Positions 28,162 through 36,582 of a stretch of DNA of 64,000 nt are shown here, piece by piece. The DNA comes from Lachnospiraceae bacterium (GTDB lineage Bacteria > Bacillota > Clostridia > Lachnospirales > Lachnospiraceae). The stretch spans positions 3,480 to 67,479 of the forward strand of contig JAFYFY010000227.1 in the NCBI GenBank assembly GCA_017543485.1. The letters run 5' to 3'. Positions within the stretch are counted from its first letter, which is position 1. Each line of letters begins with the position of its first letter. The notes under the pieces were generated by a model. It made no database searches. It had not been told where the DNA came from and worked only from the letters and a program-made list of their open reading frames with translations. Position numbers and translations under genes: made by a program.

Positions 28162-29211
28162 TTACTCGCCCGTGATACCCGCTCTGTCGATGCTCTCCAC
28201 GAAGTACTTCTGCAGGAAGAAGTACATGAGAAGAAGCGGCAGGATGGACAGGGACGTGGCGGCCATGCGGACCGATTCGCTAAGGGACACCGAGGTCTCT
28301 CCGCTGCTCATCTTGGAGGCAAAGCTGGAATCGAAATCCTTCAGCTGGATCACCAGATTGTTCCAGAAGGGATTCGACTTCGCGATGCCCTTCACGTACA
28401 GCTCTGTCAGATAGGACTCGTTCCAGTACCAGACAAAGCAGAACAGGAACACCGTAAGGATGGCGGGACCCGCGGAAGGGATGGCGATCCGGAAGAAGGA
28501 TCTCCAGTAGCCCGCGCCGTCGATCTGGGCCGCTTCGATGAGGACCTTGGGCACCTGTTTGAAGAACTGATAAAAGATCAGAATGAAGATGGGTGCGTTC
28601 AGTCCGTTGGCGAAGAGGGCGGGGATAGCAAAGGCCCAGATGGTACCCGTCAGCTTCATGTTGCTGTAGAGGACATAGGTGGGGATCATGGTCACCTGGC
28701 TGGGCAGGATGTAGGAAAAGACCAGCAGGGCCATCATCAGCTTCTTGCCCCGGAATTCAAAGCTGGCAAAGCCGTATCCCACGATCATGCAGGTTCCCAC
28801 ACTCAGGATGGTGGGAAGACCCGCGATGGCCAGGCCCTTTAGGAGGCTCTTCCAGAAGTCCATGGAGCTGGCCGCATCTTTATAGTTGTTCAGATACAGC
28901 TTGCTGGGGATCCATTTTACCGAGGCATCCAAAAGGTCCGACGTGTCCATGAAGCTGGTGCTGAACATGTAGAACACGGGGTAGAGGTACACAAACCCGA
29001 TGGCGATCAGCAGTGCATAGACGATGAACTGTTTTAAGAAGCCCTGTTTTTCCTTGGTGCCGAAGAGGAACCGGTGGAACTTTTCCTTCGTGAAGTTTTT
29101 CCGAAACCGCTCTGCGAAGCTCTCGGAGGGTCCGGCAGCTTTAGTAGTCGCCTGAGCCGTCATAGGTGCGGTACTTTCTGCTCTTTCTGGCTTTTTCGAT
29201 CCTTTTGGCAT
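28162..29211 (-). CDS. Carbohydrate ABC transporter permease (MalG-like)
   Basis: EAAQIDGAG motif, GYGFA..F.G, FVESIDRAGITG. Start codon uncertain. Confidence 0.9.
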   Translation of the reverse strand: MPKGSKKPERAESTAPMTAQATTKAAGPSESFAERFRKNFTKEKFHRFLFGTKEKQGFLKQFIVYALLIAIGFVYLYPVFYMFSTSFMDTSDLLDASVKWIPSKLYLNNYKDAASSMDFWKSLLKGLAIAGLPTILSVGTCMIVGYGFASFEFRGKKLMMALLVFSYILPSQVTMIPTYVLYSNMKLTGTIWAFAIPALFANGLNAPIFILIFYQFFKQVPKVLIEAAQIDGAGYWRSFFRIAIPSAGPAILTVFLFCFVWYWNESYLTELYVKGIAKSNPFWNNLVIQLKDFDSSFASKMSSGETSVSLSESVRMAATSLSILPLLLMYFFLQKYFVESIDRAGITGE

Positions 29212-30196
29212 TTCTGACAGACCTCCTTTCGATCTTTTTCGCGAGCTTTGCTTCCTTTTTGGCCAGACGCTTTCTCTTTTTCACCATCCGGTCATAGACA
29301 TCCTTCTTGGATCCCAAGAGTCCGAAGAAGAGAAGGACGATGAGGGTGACCAGAAGGGAGTAGATCCAGGCCATGGCGGAAGCGTATCCGTATCCTCTCT
29401 CTGCCGTTGCGGAGAACATGGCCGTCTTGATCATGTTGATCAGCTGGTTCTGTTCGTTGCTGGAGAGGAAGATCACGGTGTAAACCGCATTGATGAGGAT
29501 CATGGGCTTGATGGTGGGGAGGGTGATCTTCCAGAAGCACTCCCATCCGCTGCCGCCGTCGATCTTCGCCGCCTCATAAAGACCGGGGTCGATCTTTTGC
29601 AGGGCCGAAAGGAAGATGAGGATCTGGACTCCCGAGTACCACAGAGTCATGATCATATTGCCGAAGAGGGTTCCCAGCTGCTGCGCGATGGCGGTGGGCA
29701 GGAAGGTGTCAAAGGCACTGACCACGGACTGGGTGTTCAGGGCGGGAATGGAAGCCGCTCCTTCGCTCACCAGCATGTTCATCACGGGCCCGGATACGAT
29801 GATGACCGGGAGGAAGAACACCAGCCGGAAGAACCCCCGGCATTTGATCTTGCCGTTTAACATCATGGCGATGATCAGAGCGAAGACCACGATGATGGGC
29901 ACCTGCAGCAGGGTCTGCCACACATATCCGGCGATCCCCTGGATGAAATCCGGATCCTCGATCCAGATCTGGGTGAGATTGCTGGTCCCTACGTAGGTGA
30001 ACTGGAGTCCGTTTCTCGCCTTGATCTTGAACCACATGTAGTAGAAGGACTGACACATGGGGATCAGGGTAAAGGCCAGCATCCCGATGACCCAGATGGC
30101 CACGAAGGAGTAGCCTGCCCGCTCCTGGCGTTTTTCCAGCTTGCCCAGCTTCGCCTGCGGATTCTTTGTTTTTTTCGTTGCTCTTTCCTTACCCAT
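29141..30196 (-). CDS. Carbohydrate ABC transporter permease (MalF-like)
   Basis: LYEAAKIDGGSGWECFWKITLP, GYASAMAW. Confidence 0.9.
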   Translation of the reverse strand: MGKERATKKTKNPQAKLGKLEKRQERAGYSFVAIWVIGMLAFTLIPMCQSFYYMWFKIKARNGLQFTYVGTSNLTQIWIEDPDFIQGIAGYVWQTLLQVPIIVVFALIIAMMLNGKIKCRGFFRLVFFLPVIIVSGPVMNMLVSEGAASIPALNTQSVVSAFDTFLPTAIAQQLGTLFGNMIMTLWYSGVQILIFLSALQKIDPGLYEAAKIDGGSGWECFWKITLPTIKPMILINAVYTVIFLSSNEQNQLINMIKTAMFSATAERGYGYASAMAWIYSLLVTLIVLLFFGLLGSKKDVYDRMVKKRKRLAKKEAKLAKKIERRSVRNAKRIEKARKSRKYRTYDGSGDY

Positions 30197-30221
30197 GCTG
30201 ACTCCTTACATCAGTCATCTG

Positions 30222-32429
30222 TTACCGGATGGCATAGGACATGGCGTCCAGGGTGATGCCGTCCACGGTCTGTGCGCTCTCGCTGTAGTTCAGGCAGATC
30301 TTTGTGCCGTTGTCGTACTCCACCAGTCTCGTGCCGTTCTCGAAGATGGTGTGGTTTATGATGGAGGCTCCCTTTGTCTTTTCGCTCACTTCCCGAAGGA
30401 TGGCATCGTAGGAGACGATGGTGTCCCGGAAGGCATCGTACTGGGAGCTGTAGATGTCGCTGGAGTTGGTATAGATCAGCTCCGAGGCATCCTGCTTCGT
30501 CACATAGAAGGAAGGATAGACACCGGACTCGATCATCTTCAGCAAAAACTCCTGCTTGTTGGCCTCAAAGTTCACATACTCTCCGTACATGGGGACCACG
30601 CCCTTTAACACCAGGGAGAGGAAGGGAACACTCTCGTCCTCGATGATGTAGCTGGAAGTGTAGAGCGGCATATCCAGGAAGGCATCCGTGTACTTCCAGA
30701 GGTATGCGCAGGGGGTCTCCATGATGAGGTTCACGTCCTGCGACACCGCGGACACCGCATCCTCGAAGGTCTGTGCCGTCTCGAAACGGGTGTGCTTTTC
30801 GCCGCTGTAGTAGTAGGTGTAGAGGGTATCCGTCATGCCGGCCAGCGCCAGATTGGAGACGCCCTTTTTCGTATATCCGGTGACGAACTTCTTTAACAGA
30901 TACTGTGCCCGGGCCGGCGTCAGATACATGAAGGTCTCGTACACCTCGGCATGGGTCGTCTTTTCGTACCGTTTCTTGTTCACCATCTTGATGGTGTTGA
31001 AGGTGGCGTTCTGCTCATCGGGGTTTACCGGGAGCAGGTTGTTGTAGAGGTAGAGCTGATTCCCCGCGCTCTCCGCGTCTTTGATGAGCCGGGTCAGGGC
31101 TGCGGTGCCTCCGATCTTCCGGTCCGCTTTGTAGGAGTTGATGGGCAGATCATAGAGCCCGCCCTTCTGCCATCCCTTATAGGTGGAGAGCAGGCCGCTG
31201 ACGCCGTTTTGCCGAAGGTCCTCGTAGATCTCCTCCACATCGGAGACGGTGGTCATCACCACGGCCGTGGTGGAGAGCAGCCAGTTCTCCCGGTCCGTTC
31301 CCAGGAAATCCACCCGGGTGCGGTAGGAGGTATCCACGGAGCTTTTCACCTGTCCGTTCTTCAGGAGATAGTCTCTGTAGGCCGCGGCCATGCCGGCGTA
31401 ACTCGCCTGGGATCCGGAGAGGAAGAGGAACCGCACCTGCAGGTCGCTGTGACTTCTGTCATCCTCATAGACCCTTAAGGATCCGGAGGTGGAATTGGCG
31501 CTGGTGGGCTGGTTGTACATCCTGCGAAGGACAAACCTGGCGTAGGCTCTGTTGTAGTCCACGCTGACGCCGTTTGGCATCACGTCGATGGAGCACCGCT
31601 CCTCCCCCTCTTCCACAATGCCCAGGAAAGCGATCTCATCCTCCGTATGGGCGATGCCGAAGACCGGAGCGTACACCGTTTCGGACCCGGTGATGGTGTT
31701 ATATCTGTCCCAGAGCAGGGTCTCTGCCTTGGATTCCTCGAAGCCGATGTCGGTTCCGTAGATGGTGCCGGAAAAGCCGCTGGAAAATCTCCCTTCCTTA
31801 TTGTCCAGGTAGATCAGGGCGCCGTTCCCGTCGGGGACCAGCATGTATCCCGCCTTGTCATCCAGGTAGGAGCATCCCATGAAGGGGTAGATCCTGAGGG
31901 TTCCGATGAAGTACTGGGTGCCGTCCTCCCGGATGGACTCCTCCGGCACTCTGGCCACCAGACCATCCTCCGTCAGGGTCACCTCCAGGGTGAGGCCGAT
32001 CTTAAACTTGGTCCAGTAGATCTCCGCCGTAAATCCGTTTGCGGTTTTGGTGACCTTTTTGGTGTTCTCATCATTGATCAGATCCGCCTGGGTGGTATCG
32101 GAGTTTAGGTTGATCATGGTCAGGACGATGGCGCTTCGCATGGCTCCCAGCCAGATGAAGTTGCTCTTTTCGTCATCGTAGCTGATGGAGGACTCCATAA
32201 AGGAACCGGTGGCCTTGTCCTCCACCACCACGGAGAGATCCTCCTCGTTCAGGTACAGACGATAGGCACTGTTCTCCGTCAGGAAGGCGTGGCCGTTAAT
32301 CTCCTCCGCGGCAGCTCTTGCAACGCTGCGCTCACCGAAAAGGGGAGCTCCTGCCAGGCAGCTGCCCGCAAGGACCGATACAGCCGTCAGAAGCGCGATC
32401 ATGGATTTTCCGAAAAACTTATGAGCCAA
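30222..32429 (-). CDS. DUF5696-like exported protein
   Basis: Signal peptide; GYMLVPDGNGALI, PVFGI, VPFLSLVLKG, VEYDNG motifs typical of this ABC-associated family. Confidence 0.75.
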   Translation of the reverse strand: MAHKFFGKSMIALLTAVSVLAGSCLAGAPLFGERSVARAAAEEINGHAFLTENSAYRLYLNEEDLSVVVEDKATGSFMESSISYDDEKSNFIWLGAMRSAIVLTMINLNSDTTQADLINDENTKKVTKTANGFTAEIYWTKFKIGLTLEVTLTEDGLVARVPEESIREDGTQYFIGTLRIYPFMGCSYLDDKAGYMLVPDGNGALIYLDNKEGRFSSGFSGTIYGTDIGFEESKAETLLWDRYNTITGSETVYAPVFGIAHTEDEIAFLGIVEEGEERCSIDVMPNGVSVDYNRAYARFVLRRMYNQPTSANSTSGSLRVYEDDRSHSDLQVRFLFLSGSQASYAGMAAAYRDYLLKNGQVKSSVDTSYRTRVDFLGTDRENWLLSTTAVVMTTVSDVEEIYEDLRQNGVSGLLSTYKGWQKGGLYDLPINSYKADRKIGGTAALTRLIKDAESAGNQLYLYNNLLPVNPDEQNATFNTIKMVNKKRYEKTTHAEVYETFMYLTPARAQYLLKKFVTGYTKKGVSNLALAGMTDTLYTYYYSGEKHTRFETAQTFEDAVSAVSQDVNLIMETPCAYLWKYTDAFLDMPLYTSSYIIEDESVPFLSLVLKGVVPMYGEYVNFEANKQEFLLKMIESGVYPSFYVTKQDASELIYTNSSDIYSSQYDAFRDTIVSYDAILREVSEKTKGASIINHTIFENGTRLVEYDNGTKICLNYSESAQTVDGITLDAMSYAIR

Positions 32430-34467
32430 TTCGATACACCGCCTCTCTTACCACGGACTGCAGGAAGTCGAACACCTGCGCCCAAAGCACGTACAGGATA
32501 AATGCCAGCAGACATACGATCAGGATCGTAAAGAGCGTCAGCAGGATGATCTTCACCGTCTCTCCCACGGTGTAGTTGTTGATCTCCCGGACGGCGATGA
32601 CGATGAGCACCGCGATCCAGACAAACATCACAAACTTTCCGAAGGAGACGAAGAACTCCTCATTGTAGGTGATCACATGGGACAGGAGGAAGATGAAGGG
32701 CATCAGCACCAGGTACGGGCCGAAGCTGTATACGAAGGCACAGTAGATGTCCTTCAGTTTTCCTTCTCCGTCATTGATGGTGCACATCAGGTAGTTGCAG
32801 CCCACCACCAGCACGGCAGCCACCAGGATCAGGCCCACATCCGAGAGGACATCGTAGTTCCCCTCCCGGACGGTCTTAAAGAGGAATCCGCAGAAATACT
32901 TGTTGATCACATAGAAGATCATCACAAGCACAAGGAGGATGTTTGCGGAGAGTACGGAGACTCTTCCCTCTCTCTTGATCCCGTAACAGCCGTCGATGGG
33001 ATGTCTCATAAAGTAGAACAGGTACCGGAGCTGCTGCACTAGCCGGATGCTTCCGATCTTTTTTCCCAGGGCTCTGGCGCCGTCTAAGATGTGCATCTTC
33101 CGGTCCAGTCTCCGGATCACGATCTTTGCGATCCACAGCCCCAGGCAGATCAGCACGATGGCTGTCAGGTGCCTGCGAAGCCAGCTGTTCCGGATCTCCC
33201 AAAAGGCATCGGAGTAGGTATCCAGATCCTTGGAGAGCTTTGCGTACCGAAGGGCTCCTTCGTAGTTCTCCTCTTTGTAGAGGGCCTTGCCCATGGCCAT
33301 GTTGGCGTAGTCAAAGAGGTTGTTCATCCCCAGGACCTGGGTCAGGGGAACCTTGCTCTCCTCATAGCGGCCCTTGGAAAAGAGGTACAGCGCCTGGTGG
33401 AGGTAATCGGTAAACTCGGTGGGCTCGTAGACCTGGATCTGGGCCTTGTCGGAGTCTAAGACGTAGATCTTGTCGTCCGTTCCCACCTGGATGGCCTCGG
33501 CCTTGGTGGCCAGTCCGATGCGCTGCTGTCCGTCGTCTTTTCCGCCGAAGACAAAGAGGAGGTCGCCCTCGTTGTTGTATTCATAGATGAAGCCCTGCTG
33601 GGAGACCACGAAGCAGTTGTCATGATTTCCCACCGCAACCGCAGCGGGGACTTCGTCATTGGTATCCGGCTCCATCATGTTCACACCGGCGATGTTGAGT
33701 CGTTTCAGCGTATCGTCCCCCTCGCCTCTGGTGACGGTGTAGATGATGCCCTTTTCGTCGATGGCCAGATTATCCGGGGTGGAGGGGATGGTGGACCGCA
33801 TCTTGGCTCTTTGCTGGTCCGGGAGGATCGCGCGCCAGATGATGGTGAGGATGCTGCTGTTGGTGGCGTTGGTCCCGAAGTATCCCAGGAAGGTCCCCTC
33901 TTCCACCGGGCTGATCTCCACGATGCCGTTGGTGTTGGACTCACAGATGACATACATGGTACCGGAGCTGTTGGCTACCACCTTTAAGGGAAGGAAGTCC
34001 TGGGTCTCGCCGTACATGGGGACATCGGGACGACCGTAGGTGTGAATGAGGGTGCCGCTTTCGTCAAAGACGAAGATGGCCTTGGCATCTCTGTCCGCCA
34101 CGTAGGTGATGCGGTCCTTCGTCACGTAGATGCCTCTGGGGGTCACCAGGGTCCCCTCTCCGAAGGAGCTCAGGAGATTCCCCTCCTGGTCGGACACCAC
34201 CACCCGGCCGTTGCCGCTGTCGAGGATGTACATGGTGCCGTCCTCTAAAAGGGTGAAGTCCGTGGGGCCGCTCAGGTAATCCTCTCCCACCTTGGTGATG
34301 GTGCGGTAGGGAAGGTAGGCCGTCTGGGTCTCGGTGACGGATCCGTATCCGTCCACGGTATAGGTTTTGTACGGTGCGTCCGCCACTGCGGTGACGCCGC
34401 CGATCCCCGTCAGCAAGACCGCGATGAGCAGGGCGATGGTGATTCTTTTCAGAAAGCGTTTTTTCAC
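32419..34467 (-). CDS. NHL beta-propeller + TPR + YIP1 membrane protein
   Basis: APYKTYT, YILDSGNGRV, PRGIYV, YVAD NHL repeats; YSDAFWEIRN; five C-terminal TM segments. Confidence 0.8.
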   Translation of the reverse strand: MKKRFLKRITIALLIAVLLTGIGGVTAVADAPYKTYTVDGYGSVTETQTAYLPYRTITKVGEDYLSGPTDFTLLEDGTMYILDSGNGRVVVSDQEGNLLSSFGEGTLVTPRGIYVTKDRITYVADRDAKAIFVFDESGTLIHTYGRPDVPMYGETQDFLPLKVVANSSGTMYVICESNTNGIVEISPVEEGTFLGYFGTNATNSSILTIIWRAILPDQQRAKMRSTIPSTPDNLAIDEKGIIYTVTRGEGDDTLKRLNIAGVNMMEPDTNDEVPAAVAVGNHDNCFVVSQQGFIYEYNNEGDLLFVFGGKDDGQQRIGLATKAEAIQVGTDDKIYVLDSDKAQIQVYEPTEFTDYLHQALYLFSKGRYEESKVPLTQVLGMNNLFDYANMAMGKALYKEENYEGALRYAKLSKDLDTYSDAFWEIRNSWLRRHLTAIVLICLGLWIAKIVIRRLDRKMHILDGARALGKKIGSIRLVQQLRYLFYFMRHPIDGCYGIKREGRVSVLSANILLVLVMIFYVINKYFCGFLFKTVREGNYDVLSDVGLILVAAVLVVGCNYLMCTINDGEGKLKDIYCAFVYSFGPYLVLMPFIFLLSHVITYNEEFFVSFGKFVMFVWIAVLIVIAVREINNYTVGETVKIILLTLFTILIVCLLAFILYVLWAQVFDFLQSVVREAVYRIGS

Positions 34468-34497
34468 TGCTGATATCCTCCGGCGCTAGCCGCCTGT

Positions 34498-35376
34498 CTA
34501 CTTGATCCCGGAATGTGCCATGGTGTTCATCACGTTCTTTTGCAGGATGCAGAACAGGATCAGGTTCGGCAGGAACATGATGAGGGAAGCGGCTGCCGCG
34601 ACTCCCTGTCCGGCGACGGTATTGGTGGTGGATGTGGAAGTCAGGGTGTTCATGTAAAAGGCCAGGCTCTTTAAGGAGTCATCGTTGATGTAGTAGTTGG
34701 AGGTCTCCAGGTTGGTCCAGACCTGCTGGAAGACCAGGATGGCCGCGGTGGCGATGGCGGGTTTGATCAGGGGGATGATGACCTTCAGGTAGATCTGCCA
34801 CTCTTTGGCCCCGTCCATATATGCCGCCTCGATGAGGGAGTCCGGGACCTGGTCCACGAACTGTTTGATGAGGAAGAGGCCCACGGGAAGGGCGATAAGG
34901 GGCAGGATCTCGGCCCAGTAGGTGTCGATCATGCCGAGCCTGTTCACCACCAGGTATCTGGGGATCATCACGGCCACGGAGACGAACATCAGGGCGATCT
35001 GGTTGATCTGCATCATGACGTTGCGACCCTTAAAGCGGAGCTTGGAGAGGGCGTAGGCGGCCATGGTGGAAAACAGGAGGGATCCGAAAACCACCGCAGC
35101 GGTGATGAAGACGCTGTTGAAGACGTATTTTCCCAGGGGGATCCCCGCGCTTCTGGAGGCCTTCATGAGTTTGCGGAAGTTATCCAGGGTCGGATGGGTG
35201 GTGATGAACTTCGGCGGGAAGGCGAAAAGCTCTTCCATGGGCTTGAAGGCATGGAAGATGATGAAGATGATGGGGAGGCCGGTGAGAAGGACCATGGGCA
35301 GGATCATGAGGTAGATCTTGATCTGTCCGCGGTCGAATTTGTCCGGATTGGTTCTGTGTCCCTTGTAGGCTGCCAT
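34498..35376 (-). CDS. Carbohydrate ABC transporter permease
   Basis: AFKPMEELFAFPP, EAAYMDGA, TMAHSGIK. Confidence 0.9.
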   Translation of the reverse strand: MAAYKGHRTNPDKFDRGQIKIYLMILPMVLLTGLPIIFIIFHAFKPMEELFAFPPKFITTHPTLDNFRKLMKASRSAGIPLGKYVFNSVFITAAVVFGSLLFSTMAAYALSKLRFKGRNVMMQINQIALMFVSVAVMIPRYLVVNRLGMIDTYWAEILPLIALPVGLFLIKQFVDQVPDSLIEAAYMDGAKEWQIYLKVIIPLIKPAIATAAILVFQQVWTNLETSNYYINDDSLKSLAFYMNTLTSTSTTNTVAGQGVAAAASLIMFLPNLILFCILQKNVMNTMAHSGIK

Positions 35377-35390
35377 GGGTGATTCCTCAC

Positions 35391-35611
35391 AATGATTATC
35401 TGATACAACCAGTTATTTCCAAGTAGGTCCAAGTCCCGCTTCTTCGCGATGATGTGCTTCCGGCACCGCTTCCGCTATCGGTCCTCGTGCAGCGGTTCTA
35501 AATTCACGCTGCGCTTTCGCTTGCGTTCATTAAGAACCGGCCTCGGACAGATTGCCTTGAAGCACATTCATGCGCTCAGTCGCTTACACTTACTTCTGCA
35601 AATCAATCATT
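35391..35611. repeat. ~220-bp imperfect long palindrome (REP/MITE-like or structured RNA) between two permease genes
   Basis: Nested inverted arms aatgatt/aatcatt, aagtaggt/acttactt, gatgtgcttc/gaagcacatt and cggttct/agaaccg. Confidence 0.6.
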
Positions 35612-35640
35612 CGTATGCTTTCAATCTGTTCCTTTTCCCC

Positions 35641-36552
35641 TCAGTCCTTCTCTCCGAAGAGTCTGGTGGAGACGGCGGAGAAGATCTGGACGATGAGGAG
35701 CAGGACCACGGAGACGGAGGCTGCATATCCCATTTCGTAGCGGATGAAGCCGTAGTCTTCGATGTGGTTGACGATGAGCTGGGCGGCATAGCCGGGGGTG
35801 GGATTGCCGGCCAGGAGGGTGGAGATCATACCGTTCTGGAAAGCTCCCACGATCTGCATGACGGCGGCGAAGAGCATCTGGGGCTTCATGCTGGGGATGG
35901 TGACGTAGATCATCTCCTGGAAGCGGTTCTTCACGCCGTCGATGGCTGCTGCCTCGTAGAGGGATTCATCCACATTCAGGAGGCCGGCCAGGATGGAGAG
36001 GAAGCCGACACCCATGCTGCTCCAGAGGCCGATGATGATGACGATGGGGAGCAGGAAGGTGGTGTTAGTGAGCCAGATGACGGGCTCATTGATGGCGCCG
36101 ATGTCCATGAGCCAGCTGTTTAAGTATCCGGTCTGGTCTCCGGTGAACATGATCTTCCACAGGACGGCCATGGCGACACCGGTGGTCATGCTGGGGGAGT
36201 AAAGGATCAGGGCGAAGACGGTGCGGGGTGCCTTGGTGAGGTTGGAAAGGCCCCAGGCCAGAAGGAAGGCCAGCACATAGCCGCCGACGCCGACGATCAG
36301 CGCGTATTTCACCGTGTTGGGAAGGACGTATTTCATGAAGACGTCGTCCCCGGTGATGAGGTTGATGTAGTTGAGGAATCCCACAAAGCCGGGCCACTGG
36401 ATGGCGTTGAAGTTGGTGAAGGACAGGATCACCGCCATGATGACCGGGGCCAGGATGAACACGATGAACAGGATGGCGTAGGGTGCCACGAAAAGGTATC
36501 CGTTTTTGTTGTTCGCCCTGCTTCCGACTTTGGATCTGTTTGCTGCTGCCAT
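35641..36552 (-). CDS. Carbohydrate ABC transporter permease
   Basis: [28 protein letters not shown]. Confidence 0.9.
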   Translation of the reverse strand: MAAANRSKVGSRANNKNGYLFVAPYAILFIVFILAPVIMAVILSFTNFNAIQWPGFVGFLNYINLITGDDVFMKYVLPNTVKYALIVGVGGYVLAFLLAWGLSNLTKAPRTVFALILYSPSMTTGVAMAVLWKIMFTGDQTGYLNSWLMDIGAINEPVIWLTNTTFLLPIVIIIGLWSSMGVGFLSILAGLLNVDESLYEAAAIDGVKNRFQEMIYVTIPSMKPQMLFAAVMQIVGAFQNGMISTLLAGNPTPGYAAQLIVNHIEDYGFIRYEMGYAASVSVVLLLIVQIFSAVSTRLFGEKD

Positions 36553-36582
36553 GTTTTTCGTCCTTACTGTGACTGGTCTTCG

